From: a virus
IMG/VR virus record: IMGVR_UViG_3300036046_000003
Span: 8,428-72,427 of that record
DNA: 64,000 nucleotides
Direction: 5' to 3' (one strand)
The translations under genes and the position numbers were made by a program. The notes beneath the pieces are model-generated. The model worked only from the letters and a program-made list of their open reading frames with translations. It did not search any database and had not been told where the DNA came from. Numbering within the stretch: the stretch's first letter is position 1; each line of letters opens with the position of its first letter. Of this stretch, positions 27,036 through 37,195 are shown piece after piece.

Positions 27036-29645
27036 ATGAGTTCTATTTCGCAGCTAGACCTTGTACTTTTAGGCCGACGAGGACTAACGGCTCGCCTGGG
27101 TGGGGTTGAACGCGCCATTCGTGACCTTTCGTTGGGCGTCGCACAAGAGGCAGTAGGCGCGGTTACGGGGGTGCGCCCTAATCTCCTTTCAAACGGCTCC
27201 TTCGAGTTCTACAATCGAGGCGAAACGAAACCAAACGAGTGGGCCGCGAGTGGTACGGTGTCTGTAGCGTCGGGGACGCTGGGCGCTGACGGTAGCGTGG
27301 TAGTGTTGCTTTCAGCGGGGGCCTCTATTAGTCAGTCTGTAGACGGGGGTCAACCGCAGAACGTTGGCGCGGGTACGCTGTCCCTGGCGGTTCGGGCCAC
27401 CGCACCTGCGACAATTACGTTGGCGGTTAACCACAGCGCCGCCACAAGCGGGCCAATCATTCGGTTGGGGCTTGACGGGGTAGAGGTCGAAACAAACGAA
27501 CATCCGGGCGACGGTACTTGGTATCGTTTCTTTCGGCAGTATCTCTTAACCGCCGCTGGTGCGGCTTCTGTGTCGGTGGGCTGCTCTGCCGGTTCTGTTG
27601 AAGCTGATGCCGTTAAATATGAGCGAGAAGACGGTACGGGTACGTTTATCGAACCCACGGCGTTTGTGGGAGGCGATTGGGGGGCTGCCGTCCAGCTACG
27701 CACCCTCAAAGCTGAGAATATTATTTCAGGCCAACTCACGGTTGGCGGGGCGGACAGTAACAACCCACGAATTAGCGTCCTTAACGGGGACAACGCCGAG
27801 ATTGTGACGATAGGAGACCCTGCAAGTGGGTTTCTTGGTATTGAGGTTAAGGACGCGGGGGGTATGCGGGTGAGTGGCAGCGGAGACGTGGCCGTTGTCG
27901 GCGGGGGGCGTATTTACGCGGGTATGCCCGCCGGGGGGCGGACTGAGCTGGCCGCCGCCGGGTTGGCGGGCTACAACGCGGCGAACGAGAAACAGGCGGA
28001 GCTGCAAAGCGCTACTGGTAAACTGCGCATTCTTGGGGTCGGCGGTCTGTCGGTAGAGAATGGGGCGTCCGTCGAAATTAAAGGCGGCGGCCATTTGCTT
28101 GTGGGTACGCCCGACGCGCAGCGTACCGAGGTTCGTAATTACGGGGTTGTTGGATACAACAACGACAACGAAGTTATTTTTGCGCTGAATGAGGCCGGTG
28201 TCGTCAATGGGGTCAACGTAGACGACGGCGATGTATTGATCGGCAACGCAGGCAACAATTACGCGCTTTGGGATAATTCTGCGGGCGAGCTTACTATTGT
28301 CGGAACAGTAATCGCGGGCGAAGGTAACGTCGAAATAGGTACGGCGGGTGTTACCTTGCTGAGTAGCGGCGTTAACTACAACGCACGAAACGCCGTGACC
28401 TGGGTAACTGACCTTTCCGAACCAAATACGGACTTTCCCGTAGCTGTGGTTTTTGGTGGAAGGCAAGAGGTTAGCCAGACAAATCCACGGGTACGCAAAA
28501 TTCTTGACCTGTACAGCGGGTCAATAAACGACGTGTTCTTCTCCCGCCCCGCCGGTAGCCCACAGGAAGACGGAAAGCTTACCTGTATCGCCATTGGCAC
28601 AAAAGACGGCGGACAAGCCAGTGCGTTTTACGGCGCGTTTGCTGGTACTGCCGCAGAAATGATATTCCATTCAGTTGCGCGGCGTATTGAAATTGGCGGA
28701 TCGGGCCTTTGTCGGAAAAACTCGACAAACACAAACCCGGCTTTTTTGCAGTGGGAAGCCGGGTTCGTAGAGTTGGGCGGAGAGGGCCATTCGGCGGGGG
28801 TGCGTACCCGTGGAACCCTCGACGTAAGAAAGCTGAACGCTGCGGGTGGTAGTAACGTTCAACTCGAAGGGCGCACCGCTCTCACCGACATAAACGACGG
28901 CTTTTTGCGGGTCAATCACGGCGAGCAGTACAGTGAAGGTGTTGCGGTGTCGGGCCGCTTACGCGCATTCGGCTGGCTCAGTGTCGGCAATGACGCGCTC
29001 AACTTCACACCCACCGGGTCTACCTGGGCTACAGGTGGGGCTACCTTACTCCTGAACGGCCTGGATACTACCTCGATTGTTTTCCACGACGCCAATAACC
29101 GCGTAGACGCGATTGTGGCGGGCGGGGGACTTCTGCGTATTGGGCCGGACATTGGCTTTGGCCCTGCGAATGTGGAGTTCTCAGGAACTACGGCATTCGG
29201 ACGCGCCCCTGTTTCAAACGTCCGGGCGGTTATGTTTGCGACAACGAATGACAGTAACGGACATAGCCTGTTTTGCGCGAACAACGGCTGGACGCAAAAC
29301 CACTTGTATATTCGCGGAGACGGCTTGCCCTGGGTCAATCAAGCCTGGGTTGTCGGTTCCGACGAACGCCTGAAAGAAGACATAGCCGACGTACCAAACG
29401 CCCTAGACCGTCTTCAAGGCGTTCGGCCCCGCTCCTACTACCTTCGAGCCGACGAGGCCCGTCAACGAAGGCGTCATTACGGCGTAGTCGCTCAGGAGTT
29501 GGTAGAGGTACTACCTGAACTGGTGTCAGAAGGGCAGGACGGCACACTGGCGGTGGCGTATGAAGAGCTGATCCCCCTGCTTGTGGGGGCCGTAAAAGAG
29601 TTGTCAGCGCGGGTTACAGCCCTTGAAGCGCGCCTGCGCTCGTAA
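27036..29645 (+). CDS. Tail fibre/spike with C-terminal intramolecular chaperone (peptidase S74)
   Basis: NLL.NGSFE carbohydrate-binding-like start; SDERLKEDI...YGVVAQEL...V.Y..L...LV.AVKEL. Confidence 0.85.
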   Translation: MSSISQLDLVLLGRRGLTARLGGVERAIRDLSLGVAQEAVGAVTGVRPNLLSNGSFEFYNRGETKPNEWAASGTVSVASGTLGADGSVVVLLSAGASISQSVDGGQPQNVGAGTLSLAVRATAPATITLAVNHSAATSGPIIRLGLDGVEVETNEHPGDGTWYRFFRQYLLTAAGAASVSVGCSAGSVEADAVKYEREDGTGTFIEPTAFVGGDWGAAVQLRTLKAENIISGQLTVGGADSNNPRISVLNGDNAEIVTIGDPASGFLGIEVKDAGGMRVSGSGDVAVVGGGRIYAGMPAGGRTELAAAGLAGYNAANEKQAELQSATGKLRILGVGGLSVENGASVEIKGGGHLLVGTPDAQRTEVRNYGVVGYNNDNEVIFALNEAGVVNGVNVDDGDVLIGNAGNNYALWDNSAGELTIVGTVIAGEGNVEIGTAGVTLLSSGVNYNARNAVTWVTDLSEPNTDFPVAVVFGGRQEVSQTNPRVRKILDLYSGSINDVFFSRPAGSPQEDGKLTCIAIGTKDGGQASAFYGAFAGTAAEMIFHSVARRIEIGGSGLCRKNSTNTNPAFLQWEAGFVELGGEGHSAGVRTRGTLDVRKLNAAGGSNVQLEGRTALTDINDGFLRVNHGEQYSEGVAVSGRLRAFGWLSVGNDALNFTPTGSTWATGGATLLLNGLDTTSIVFHDANNRVDAIVAGGGLLRIGPDIGFGPANVEFSGTTAFGRAPVSNVRAVMFATTNDSNGHSLFCANNGWTQNHLYIRGDGLPWVNQAWVVGSDERLKEDIADVPNALDRLQGVRPRSYYLRADEARQRRRHYGVVAQELVEVLPELVSEGQDGTLAVAYEELIPLLVGAVKELSARVTALEARLRS

Positions 29646-29655
29646 GGAAAACCAA

Positions 29656-30456
29656 ATGAAGGATACTCTTCCCGAAGCGGGAGCAATTGATATTCGCTCC
29701 CGGCTTTCTGTGCGCCCACGCGAGGCGGGTACGCCCTACAGTCGGGTACGTCGGCGGGGCAGCCCACTTGGAGGCGCGCTGCACTATAACGGCCCTAAGC
29801 TGCTTGTGTATGGCAACCCGGAAAAAGAACTGCGGTTTGTCGAAACGGTAGTTTTACGGGAACACCAGAACCGGCTTGGAGCCGACAGTGTGCAGTATCA
29901 CTACGTAGTGCTTTCTAACGGACAGCGCTATCAGACGCGGGGTCTAACCCTAACCGCGTGGCACTGCGGTAACGGCTATGGTAATGACCGCCACCTGGCC
30001 GTACACTTGACGCTGGGTAAGGGCCAAACACCCACGGCGGAACAGTGGGCCTCCACTGTCGAACTGTTTGATATTCTCGGCGCGGCTTTCGGCTGGGGGC
30101 GGCGCTCGGTGTTCGGCCACAATGAGTATCCACGTTCGTCGGGGTTTCCGCGAGCGCAGGAACGCTACGCGCTTTTGCCGAAGCAATCCGAATGCCCCGG
30201 CCCTATTCTGCATCAGTTGCTTGTGGAGTGCCGTACCGCTGAAACGCAACTACAGCGCGTGCGCGTAACCGCCGCAGCGGGACTGACCATTCGGCAAGGG
30301 CCAGGACGCGAATACCCCCGTGTGGCCGCACTTCCGGCGGGAACGATTGTGGAGACGCGGCGGCAGCCAAAGACGGAAAATGACGGCCCCTGGCTGTGGT
30401 TGACGGACGGGCGTGGTTTTATCGCACGCTGGTTTACCGAGCCAGTGGCAGAATAG
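29656..30456 (+). CDS. Endolysin: N-acetylmuramoyl-L-alanine amidase + SH3
   Basis: LHY, QYHYVV..NG, AWHCG, VFGH, CPG; C-terminal GLTIRQGPG. Confidence 0.85.
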   Translation: MKDTLPEAGAIDIRSRLSVRPREAGTPYSRVRRRGSPLGGALHYNGPKLLVYGNPEKELRFVETVVLREHQNRLGADSVQYHYVVLSNGQRYQTRGLTLTAWHCGNGYGNDRHLAVHLTLGKGQTPTAEQWASTVELFDILGAAFGWGRRSVFGHNEYPRSSGFPRAQERYALLPKQSECPGPILHQLLVECRTAETQLQRVRVTAAAGLTIRQGPGREYPRVAALPAGTIVETRRQPKTENDGPWLWLTDGRGFIARWFTEPVAE

Positions 30457-30465
30457 AGGGCCATT

Positions 30466-30873
30466 ATGCGGCGAGCGCTAATGCTTACCGACTTTCGAGC
30501 GTTTGAACTATTTACCGTTTGCCTCGAAATTGGCTGGGGTTTGCTTTTGCTCAACCCCTGGGTAGGAATTTTTAGTACCAGCCCCTCTTTCGCCGGTATG
30601 CGGCAGCTCGTGCCGTATGAGTGGGCCTGGGGGTTGTTCTTCCTCTTGTTTGGCCTTTTCCACGGGGCTTTATTTTTATCTGCTAGCGGGAGGTTTGCGC
30701 TGCTACCCGTTTTTCTGTGGGTATTTATCGTAATCCTTCTGCTGGAAGCCAATCCCTTTACGACGGGCGCGGTAGTGTACAGCCTGGTGGCGGTTTTTAA
30801 TTGCTGTGCGTTTCTGCGCTCGTATCTCTGGCGGCGGCAAACAGCCCGCATTAAAGGAGACCTGCGCGAATGA
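30466..30873 (+). CDS. Multi-TM membrane protein (lysis cassette)
   Basis: ~4 hydrophobic segments; paralog of next gene. Confidence 0.65.
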   Translation: MRRALMLTDFRAFELFTVCLEIGWGLLLLNPWVGIFSTSPSFAGMRQLVPYEWAWGLFFLLFGLFHGALFLSASGRFALLPVFLWVFIVILLLEANPFTTGAVVYSLVAVFNCCAFLRSYLWRRQTARIKGDLRE

Positions 30874-31274
30874 GAAACGCAGCGATACGCTTTCTTGCCG
30901 GTAACTCCTTTTGGGTCTTCGAGCTTTTTACCTCGCTGCTTGCCCTCGGCTGGGGTTTTGTGTTTGCCTTTATTGACCGCGTTTCGTACACCTCCGCCTT
31001 TCGCGTTCTCGACCAGGCCGTTGCGGGTAAAGAGTTCGTATGGGGTATGTTCTTTTTGGCCCTTGGGAGCTGCCAACTCGCCAGCGTCCTTAGCAACAAT
31101 CACCACTGGCGCGAAACCGTTTCTTTCTTTGCCGGGGTAGCCTGGACGTTTGTAGCCCTCGCGTTGTTTGGTGCGACGGGGTTTTCCACTGGCGTCTACT
31201 GTTACGGGTTAGTAGCACTCTTTAACGGCCTCGCCTCGTTACGGCAGCGCCTTGCACAGAAAGCGGGGCTGTAA
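30870..31274 (+). CDS. Multi-TM membrane protein (lysis cassette)
   Basis: FELFT....GWG and WG.FFL..G shared with previous gene; ATGA overlap. Confidence 0.65.
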   Translation: MRNAAIRFLAGNSFWVFELFTSLLALGWGFVFAFIDRVSYTSAFRVLDQAVAGKEFVWGMFFLALGSCQLASVLSNNHHWRETVSFFAGVAWTFVALALFGATGFSTGVYCYGLVALFNGLASLRQRLAQKAGL

Positions 31275-31654
31275 TGAATGATGTGCTGTGGGCCGCAATC
31301 GGGGCGGGTCTTGCAGCGCTGCTCACCCGGTTGGCGGGCAAATTCATTGACCGCGACAGCGACGTTATTTCTCAGGGTAAGTCGCTTAGGGACGAGTTAC
31401 GCGAAGACATTGATCGCCAGGAACTACGCCTAAAAGAACTAGGCGACCGCGTAGTTCGCCTGGAAGAAGAAGTAGAAACCTGGAAAGCTCGCGTGGACGA
31501 TTGGCGTACAAAGTATTATGTACTCTACGAGGAAAATCAGTCGTTACGCCTACAGCTAACCGTACATACGCAGAAGATCCAGCAACTCGAAAGCGAGTTG
31601 GCTGTGTTTGAGCGGAAAGTGTTTTTTGTTCCGCCGACCGAGAAGAAGGACTAA
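31274..31654 (+). CDS. N-terminal TM + coiled-coil protein
   Basis: Hydrophobic N-terminus, heptad repeats. Confidence 0.6.
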   Translation: MNDVLWAAIGAGLAALLTRLAGKFIDRDSDVISQGKSLRDELREDIDRQELRLKELGDRVVRLEEEVETWKARVDDWRTKYYVLYEENQSLRLQLTVHTQKIQQLESELAVFERKVFFVPPTEKKD

Positions 31655-31657
31655 TCA

Positions 31658-32041
31658 ATGGAGCGGCTTATCCCGTATGTCCCCTACCTGGCCGGAACCG
31701 CCCTGGTGTCGGGGGTGGTGCTTGTTCTCTTGGCAAGTGCCACCGTCCGACGTTTTGCCCACCAGACGGTGGCAGCTGTGTATCGCGCCGCCCTTGTGAC
31801 CGCCGCTGAGTACGGCGACGAGGCTCTAGAATGGTTGCGCTCCCCTGCCGGTATTCGCTACAGAAAAGCGCTGGCAGAACGCGCATATGACGTTTTGCCC
31901 GCCACAGTCGGCCCGGTGCCTGTCGGCGTCGTGAAACTTTGGCTGTCGCGGGAACGCTGGTGCGTTCTTGTCGAAACTGCATTTAATGCAGTTGTCTCTC
32001 TGGCCGACGATATTCGAGAACCTTCGACTATCGCCCAATAA
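31658..32041 (+). CDS. Holin-like single-TM protein
   Basis: N-terminal TM, last gene of the lysis cluster. Confidence 0.5.
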   Translation: MERLIPYVPYLAGTALVSGVVLVLLASATVRRFAHQTVAAVYRAALVTAAEYGDEALEWLRSPAGIRYRKALAERAYDVLPATVGPVPVGVVKLWLSRERWCVLVETAFNAVVSLADDIREPSTIAQ

Positions 32042-32091
32042 AAAAAAGACCGCTTTACCAGAAAAACAACTGGTAAAGCGGTCTTTTTTTT
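32040..32091. terminator. Bidirectional terminator between the convergent arms
   Basis: A run, GACCGCTTTACCAG...CTGGTAAAGCGGTC, T run. Confidence 0.85.
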
Positions 32092-32093
32092 AT

Positions 32094-32288
32094 TTATCGA
32101 AACAGGGCGAGTACGACTTGATAGCTGACCATCAATACAGCCGTCGCCCCAAAGAAAAAAGCCTGTTCGTGGCGATACATAAACTGAAACGTAGCGCTAA
32201 GGCTGGCGAGAAACCAAATAAGCCAAACCCACAGCGCGAAAAGTATCACCCCAAACCAGGCGGCCAGCAGTGCTTCTTTCATTTGCTT
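32094..32288 (-). CDS. Small membrane protein
   Basis: Two TM segments. Confidence 0.45.
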   Translation of the reverse strand, partial: KQMKEALLAAWFGVILFALWVWLIWFLASLSATFQFMYRHEQAFFFGATAVLMVSYQVVLALFR

Positions 32289-32448
32289 TGTCCCTTCCAA
32301 TCCAAACGAAGGGATTTGAGTGCCGCCTTTTTATCCAAGATAGGCGGCACTATTGGTTTTCGTTCTCCACACACCAAACACGGCGTATCGGCCCATTCAT
32401 TCTTTCGACGGGCACCGCAGGAGCACAGATACCAATCCAAATAGCGCT

Positions 32449-32973
32449 TCAATGCGACGCCTCCAATACGCGGACGATTGCTGCGGCGACCTGTCGGCAG
32501 AGCCGAGAACCGTTTGAACCGAACGCGGTTTCAATCTCTTTGGGCCGATACCCTTTGATCAACGCATAGGCTACTTGCCGCTCCTGTTCAAGCAGCCTCG
32601 GCAGGGCGTTCGATACGTCCACGTACACCAGTTGCTCGTCACTTCCCAACGGCGCGTTCTTAAACGCAAGGTAATGAACTTGCAGTACCGCCCGAACGGT
32701 CGCCTGGGTATAGCCGTTCTGGTCTATGTGGGCCAGTAGCGTAGCCGGGTCTCTTAAACGGTCGCTCGCGGCGCGGCTTACGGCGCGTGCAAGCCCTTCC
32801 GTACCTTGACCGTTGCGAATAGCGATACCCGCCGACACAAACGGGTCTTGTACGTCGCCACAACCATTAGCCAGCGCCTCTAGCAGACGCTCGGCTTCTG
32901 GCGGTGCGTCTGCGGAGCTGCGCCGATAAAGCCAAAGCACGAGACGGCCTACTTCTGAAATATCCCGACGCAT
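32449..32973 (-). CDS. Protein with C-terminal sigma70 region-4/LuxR-type HTH
   Basis: LPRL..QERQV......GY..KEI; AAGGAG RBS; TAGACA-N17-TATACT promoter upstream. Confidence 0.6.
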   Translation of the reverse strand: MRRDISEVGRLVLWLYRRSSADAPPEAERLLEALANGCGDVQDPFVSAGIAIRNGQGTEGLARAVSRAASDRLRDPATLLAHIDQNGYTQATVRAVLQVHYLAFKNAPLGSDEQLVYVDVSNALPRLLEQERQVAYALIKGYRPKEIETAFGSNGSRLCRQVAAAIVRVLEASH

Positions 32974-33131
32974 TGGATCTCCTTACATAGATACCCTCCT
33001 CTCTACCTTGGTTGCCTGACGGCGATTGTTGCGAAGCTCCCGTAGTATAGAGGACGTTCTATTAGCTGTCTACTTCCGCGTTGTATTGCTTCGCAGCTCC
33101 CCACCAACGCAGGTGTCGCCCCGCGATCAAG

Positions 33132-33662
33132 TCAAGCACAAACGGCACTTCCTGCCAGCCGCGCACGCGCCAGCGGGGGGGCTGTACAGAGCGCGTTATG
33201 TGGACGGCTAAAGAGAATGGTTGGCGTATTGTGGGGCGCATCGTCAATGAGCACGTCAAAACGAACAGCGGCCCATTTCTGCTTTGCCAACACCAGGAAC
33301 AGTCTGTGTTTTGGAAAGTAACGGTCAAGCCAGCGCTGTTTTGCGGCGGCGTAAGGTTGTGTATCACTTGACACGACAACGACCCGGTGGCCCTGCGCCA
33401 AAATAGAAGCCACACCTTCCTGTGCGCCTGGAAGCGGTAACACGGCGTCGTAAAGCTGCGGCGTTCTTACGGAGAAGAAAGCGTCCCGTTCCGCGTCAGG
33501 TAAACAACTAAAGTGCCAGTCTGTTACCTGGGCAGGTGTAACCCGCGAGCCGCCCGCTCCGTAATGAGCGCCCAGCCAGGCGGGGATCAGCGCCGCTAGT
33601 ACGTCGTCAAAGTCCACACCAATGAGCACTTTTAGCTTCCTTTCAACTAAAAGAGGTAGCAC
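33132..33662 (-). CDS. 5'(3')-deoxyribonucleotidase (HAD); C-terminus apparently frameshifted
   Basis: IGVDFDDVLA, KQRWL, DVLIDD.PHN; expected RV..W.E tail sits in another frame after a C7 run. Confidence 0.8.
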   Translation of the reverse strand: MLPLLVERKLKVLIGVDFDDVLAALIPAWLGAHYGAGGSRVTPAQVTDWHFSCLPDAERDAFFSVRTPQLYDAVLPLPGAQEGVASILAQGHRVVVVSSDTQPYAAAKQRWLDRYFPKHRLFLVLAKQKWAAVRFDVLIDDAPHNTPTILFSRPHNALCTAPPLARARLAGSAVCA

Positions 33663-33699
33663 TCGGCGACCTCTTTTGAAGTATTTTCGTGGCAGAGAG

Positions 33700-34047
33700 C
33701 TACCCCGTGGTGGATTTAATGTCCTTTATCCCCTTTTGGTACGCGGCGTCAATCTGATGCCTTGCGTTAAGGTATGCGTCATAGGCCGCTTTTAACTGCA
33801 ATTCTTTGTGTTGGTACAGCGCGTCGTATTTTTCGTAGTCGGCTTCTGTTGCGTCAAACAGCAATACACTGTCTTTAGCGACGTAAAGCCCGCCGCGAGC
33901 CTTCGTACCGTGAAGAGACCCCCCCCCCGGCGTGCGCCGTCCCGCTGCGTTCCTGACCGGCTCGACGTAGTAACGCGCCTCGGTTTCTCGCAGCACGCGA
34001 ACAAGTGCCCCGGCGCGATAGCTATCCTCTTTGGTGATAATTAGCAT
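33700..34047 (-). CDS. Hypothetical protein
   Basis: Translationally coupled ORF. Confidence 0.55.
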   Translation of the reverse strand: MLIITKEDSYRAGALVRVLRETEARYYVEPVRNAAGRRTPGGGSLHGTKARGGLYVAKDSVLLFDATEADYEKYDALYQHKELQLKAAYDAYLNARHQIDAAYQKGIKDIKSTTG

Positions 34048-34850
34048 TAGTGCTTCTCCGTATTACGAACCTTATCCTTGCCGCGCAGTTCCTCAAAGTT
34101 CGTCTTCTCCATAACCTGCCCGCGCAAAGCGATTGCTTCCAGCAGCCGTTCACCCGAATAAAACTCTAGCGAAGATAGCACCACTGTCTCGCCGTCATCC
34201 CCAATAACCCACAGTCGAGAAGGTACCGCCTTTTCGACCTTACCGCTCAACTGGTCTACAAGCGCTTTTGTATCTTCGACTGCGATACCCCCAGCCGGAA
34301 GGCGCGGAGGGCGACCGACAACCGCCACGTACAGTTCCGCCTCGTGGTGAAGGCCACGCGCTAAAAGCAGTTCCCGCGTTTCCTCCGACCCCAGGCCGGT
34401 ACGCTGCGTTTCTACTGGCGCGTTCACCAGGGCGGTCACTACCTTAACCACAGCCTCAAACTGTACCGCACCCAGCTTACCCTCTTTCTCGGGGTCGGCC
34501 CGAAGTTCCCCTGTCTTTCGGTCGCGGTCGGCCAGCCGCAAAAGCAACTGCAAGTGCGTAACGGCTGCCAGCGCCTCTTCGCCTTCCAGTTCTAGTCCGT
34601 CCAGGTATACTTCCACAAAGGCCAGGTAGCCGCGAATTGTTCTAGCAGACCCCCAACCGACTGCCTCTGTCATTCGCAGCAGCTCTGGAAGAAAAGCATT
34701 GAACGAGCCAAAATCCAGCTCTCGATAAAGCTCCTGCTGCTTAATCGCCTGCACAATCCTAGCGGCCCGCAGCTTCCCGCTTTCGGTATTCTCCAACAGC
34801 TCGAAAAGCGCTGCGGTGGCCGTCTTTAGATTAGGATACTTCTCTAGCAC
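34047..34850 (-). CDS. Hypothetical protein
   Basis: 267-aa ORF in operon. Confidence 0.6.
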   Translation of the reverse strand: MLEKYPNLKTATAALFELLENTESGKLRAARIVQAIKQQELYRELDFGSFNAFLPELLRMTEAVGWGSARTIRGYLAFVEVYLDGLELEGEEALAAVTHLQLLLRLADRDRKTGELRADPEKEGKLGAVQFEAVVKVVTALVNAPVETQRTGLGSEETRELLLARGLHHEAELYVAVVGRPPRLPAGGIAVEDTKALVDQLSGKVEKAVPSRLWVIGDDGETVVLSSLEFYSGERLLEAIALRGQVMEKTNFEELRGKDKVRNTEKH

Positions 34851-35371
34851 TCGTCGTCCTCCTCTTCCTCAACTGTCTTCCGCTCGGTGTCTACAAAATC
34901 CATCAATACGTCCGGGTGGCGCTCCAACAGGTACGCCCGCAATCGAACGTTCTCCCGTTTCGCCTCCAACAAAGAACAGACATACTCCAACGGAAAGGCT
35001 ACCCAGGAACGGGGTACGCGACGCTTACCGTCTCGTGTCGGTACCCACTCTGGTGCGTTATCCGCCAGCGCAAAACAAAAAGCAGGGGCGCGCTTCCATT
35101 CGTGACTGATGCGAACCAACTGCAAAAGCGCTTTTAACGCCTCGGCCCCCAGCGTTGTCTTACGTCGTTTACTCTCCCCCACTAACGCCGTACCCGTTTC
35201 CGGGTTGCCGATAAGAAGGTCAAAGCCGAGGGAGGTCAGCTCCCCAACGCGCCCGGTGGAGGTAACGACATTGCGAAGAACAGGGTCTTCGACCCGTCCG
35301 GCGGCGCGTTGAAGGGCTTTTGCGAAGCCCCGTTCAGCGCGAATACCTGCGTCTCTAGCGGCGTTAGGCAT
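34844..35371 (-). CDS. PD-(D/E)xK nuclease / Holliday junction resolvase-like
   Basis: G..AER, FDLL, GESKR. Confidence 0.65.
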   Translation of the reverse strand: MPNAARDAGIRAERGFAKALQRAAGRVEDPVLRNVVTSTGRVGELTSLGFDLLIGNPETGTALVGESKRRKTTLGAEALKALLQLVRISHEWKRAPAFCFALADNAPEWVPTRDGKRRVPRSWVAFPLEYVCSLLEAKRENVRLRAYLLERHPDVLMDFVDTERKTVEEEEDDEC

Positions 35372-35684
35372 TACTGCCTCCTAGAAGCGGGCGGCGCTGT
35401 AGTGCCCGGTGGATAGACGACCTTCCGAGACCGACCAAAGCGGAGAGCTGGCTGATTGTGTAGGGCTGAGCTGAGGCGAGGTCAGCGGCAGTTAGATTAA
35501 TGTCGGCCACTTCTTCGCGCCGTACTGGTTCGTCTAGGCCGAAGTCAGCCGCCATTAACAGTAACGCCTCGGCCAAGAGTGGACTTACCGACCGCTGCTT
35601 CTCTGCGTCCCGACAAGCGGCGGGTTGGCGAGCACCGGCGGCAACGACATAATTCAACAGCCGGTCAAGCGGGCCTGGGTTCAC
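35364..35684 (-). CDS. Small HTH protein
   Basis: YTISQLSALVGLGRSSIHRAL. Confidence 0.55.
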   Translation of the reverse strand: MNPGPLDRLLNYVVAAGARQPAACRDAEKQRSVSPLLAEALLLMAADFGLDEPVRREEVADINLTAADLASAQPYTISQLSALVGLGRSSIHRALQRRPLLGGSNA

Positions 35685-37075
35685 TTGCGCCCTCCTTTCT
35701 TCGCTGGTTCTTTTTTAGCGGTAGGCAAGTCTAAATAGTCGCTGGTACCTTTCCAGCACTTCACTTTGCCGGTGGTCTCATACAGTTCGGCGTATACGGT
35801 TTGCCGCGCCGCGTTGCGCGCTTTCTTAACGGCCAACCCTACCTCTTTGTGCCCAATCGACGGGTCGAAAAATAGTTCGATGCCGATGTGGGCGGCTGCG
35901 CCCCAGGCTCCACTTCCTTTAGCGGCCACCTGGCCGGGGGCTGAACCGAACTTAATGGTGTCATTGGCGAGCTGCGCAATTTCGATAAGACCAACCTCAT
36001 TGCGGGCCGCGAAGGCGCGAAGTCCGTAAGCGTGGGCTTCGAGCTGCTGTGTATCCCCCGGCCAAGCCGTCACATAGTCAATAATCGTATGGGTCGTTTT
36101 ATAAAGTGCTCGGTCTAGCTGCATCAACTCTAGGGCGTCTCGGTAGTCAAAGATATTCAGGTCTGCGTTACCGTCGTAAATTCGCAAACGCCCTTCCAGC
36201 CCCCGCCACCAAGCAAGCCCCCGTTCGCACTTCTCTGTGTCGGCTGCCGCTTCCGCGCCGAGAAATACGCAAGCGCCCGTAGCGAACTGTTCTATCTTCC
36301 AAGGCTCTACGTTCTCTTTGATAGCGATCAAGCGGGTGGCAAACGATACGTCGTCATCTTCCAGGGCGACCATTGCCACAGAGGCTCCCTGTTCCAACAA
36401 CTGCACCACCCAATTATTGACGATACGGGTTTTGCCGCCCCCATACTGCGCGGCCAACACCAGAATTTCACCCTGCGCCAGGAGACCGTCACCGGGCTGG
36501 CCGTCCGGGCCTACCCCGCGAAACGCAAAGTCCAGATCGGCGCAGCCGGACTTCCAACGAATGTGTTTACTCGTCTGCCCTAGTCGGCCAGCAATGCCGG
36601 TAGCCGTGTGGTCGCGCCCAATTCGCGCCCTGGTGTAGGCGTCAATCTCCTGGCGCAGCTTAGCTACCGCCAGCTCGTCATTGCTCCCCAGCAGGTCTAC
36701 TGCCGCCGAAGCCCGCCCTTTGAAGCTACGTCCCGCAGCCGCCCGCTCTACCTGCGCCTTTAGCTCGTGTACTTCCGCAATACGCACCTCGTCAGGGTGA
36801 GGTGCGTTCATAATGATCTCTTCAACGCCCTCCAAACTGGCAGTATCCCCGCGCAAGTCTCTTAGAGCGGCTATCAAGGGGCCGGGACGCGCTATTGCTG
36901 GCCCCTCGGCGGCGAGCACGCGCATAACGGCCCTGGCCGTTTCGTCCTCGATAGCACCAGCCGAGGGGCCGAGCGTAGATACAAGTTCGGGCTTTGCGTA
37001 AAGCAAAGAGACAAGCAAGCGTTCCCTGCGGTGTAGATCGTGCATAGACGGCTCCAAATAAAAAAAAGTGGGCAA
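35681..37075 (-). CDS. DnaB/RecA-fold replicative helicase
   Basis: Walker A AQYGGGKT, ALED, IIDYV, IAQL, KGSG, KKARN. Confidence 0.82.
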   Translation of the reverse strand: MPTFFYLEPSMHDLHRRERLLVSLLYAKPELVSTLGPSAGAIEDETARAVMRVLAAEGPAIARPGPLIAALRDLRGDTASLEGVEEIIMNAPHPDEVRIAEVHELKAQVERAAAGRSFKGRASAAVDLLGSNDELAVAKLRQEIDAYTRARIGRDHTATGIAGRLGQTSKHIRWKSGCADLDFAFRGVGPDGQPGDGLLAQGEILVLAAQYGGGKTRIVNNWVVQLLEQGASVAMVALEDDDVSFATRLIAIKENVEPWKIEQFATGACVFLGAEAAADTEKCERGLAWWRGLEGRLRIYDGNADLNIFDYRDALELMQLDRALYKTTHTIIDYVTAWPGDTQQLEAHAYGLRAFAARNEVGLIEIAQLANDTIKFGSAPGQVAAKGSGAWGAAAHIGIELFFDPSIGHKEVGLAVKKARNAARQTVYAELYETTGKVKCWKGTSDYLDLPTAKKEPAKKGGRK

Positions 37076-37195
37076 CGGCCCCGCGCAAACTGCGCAAAGC
37101 CGTGCCCGTTCCGTATCGTTGGCCGGATAGTGCTTCCTGCAAAGCCACTATACGCACCTGCTAAGCGTACGTCTACTTGTGCAGTTAATGCACAA

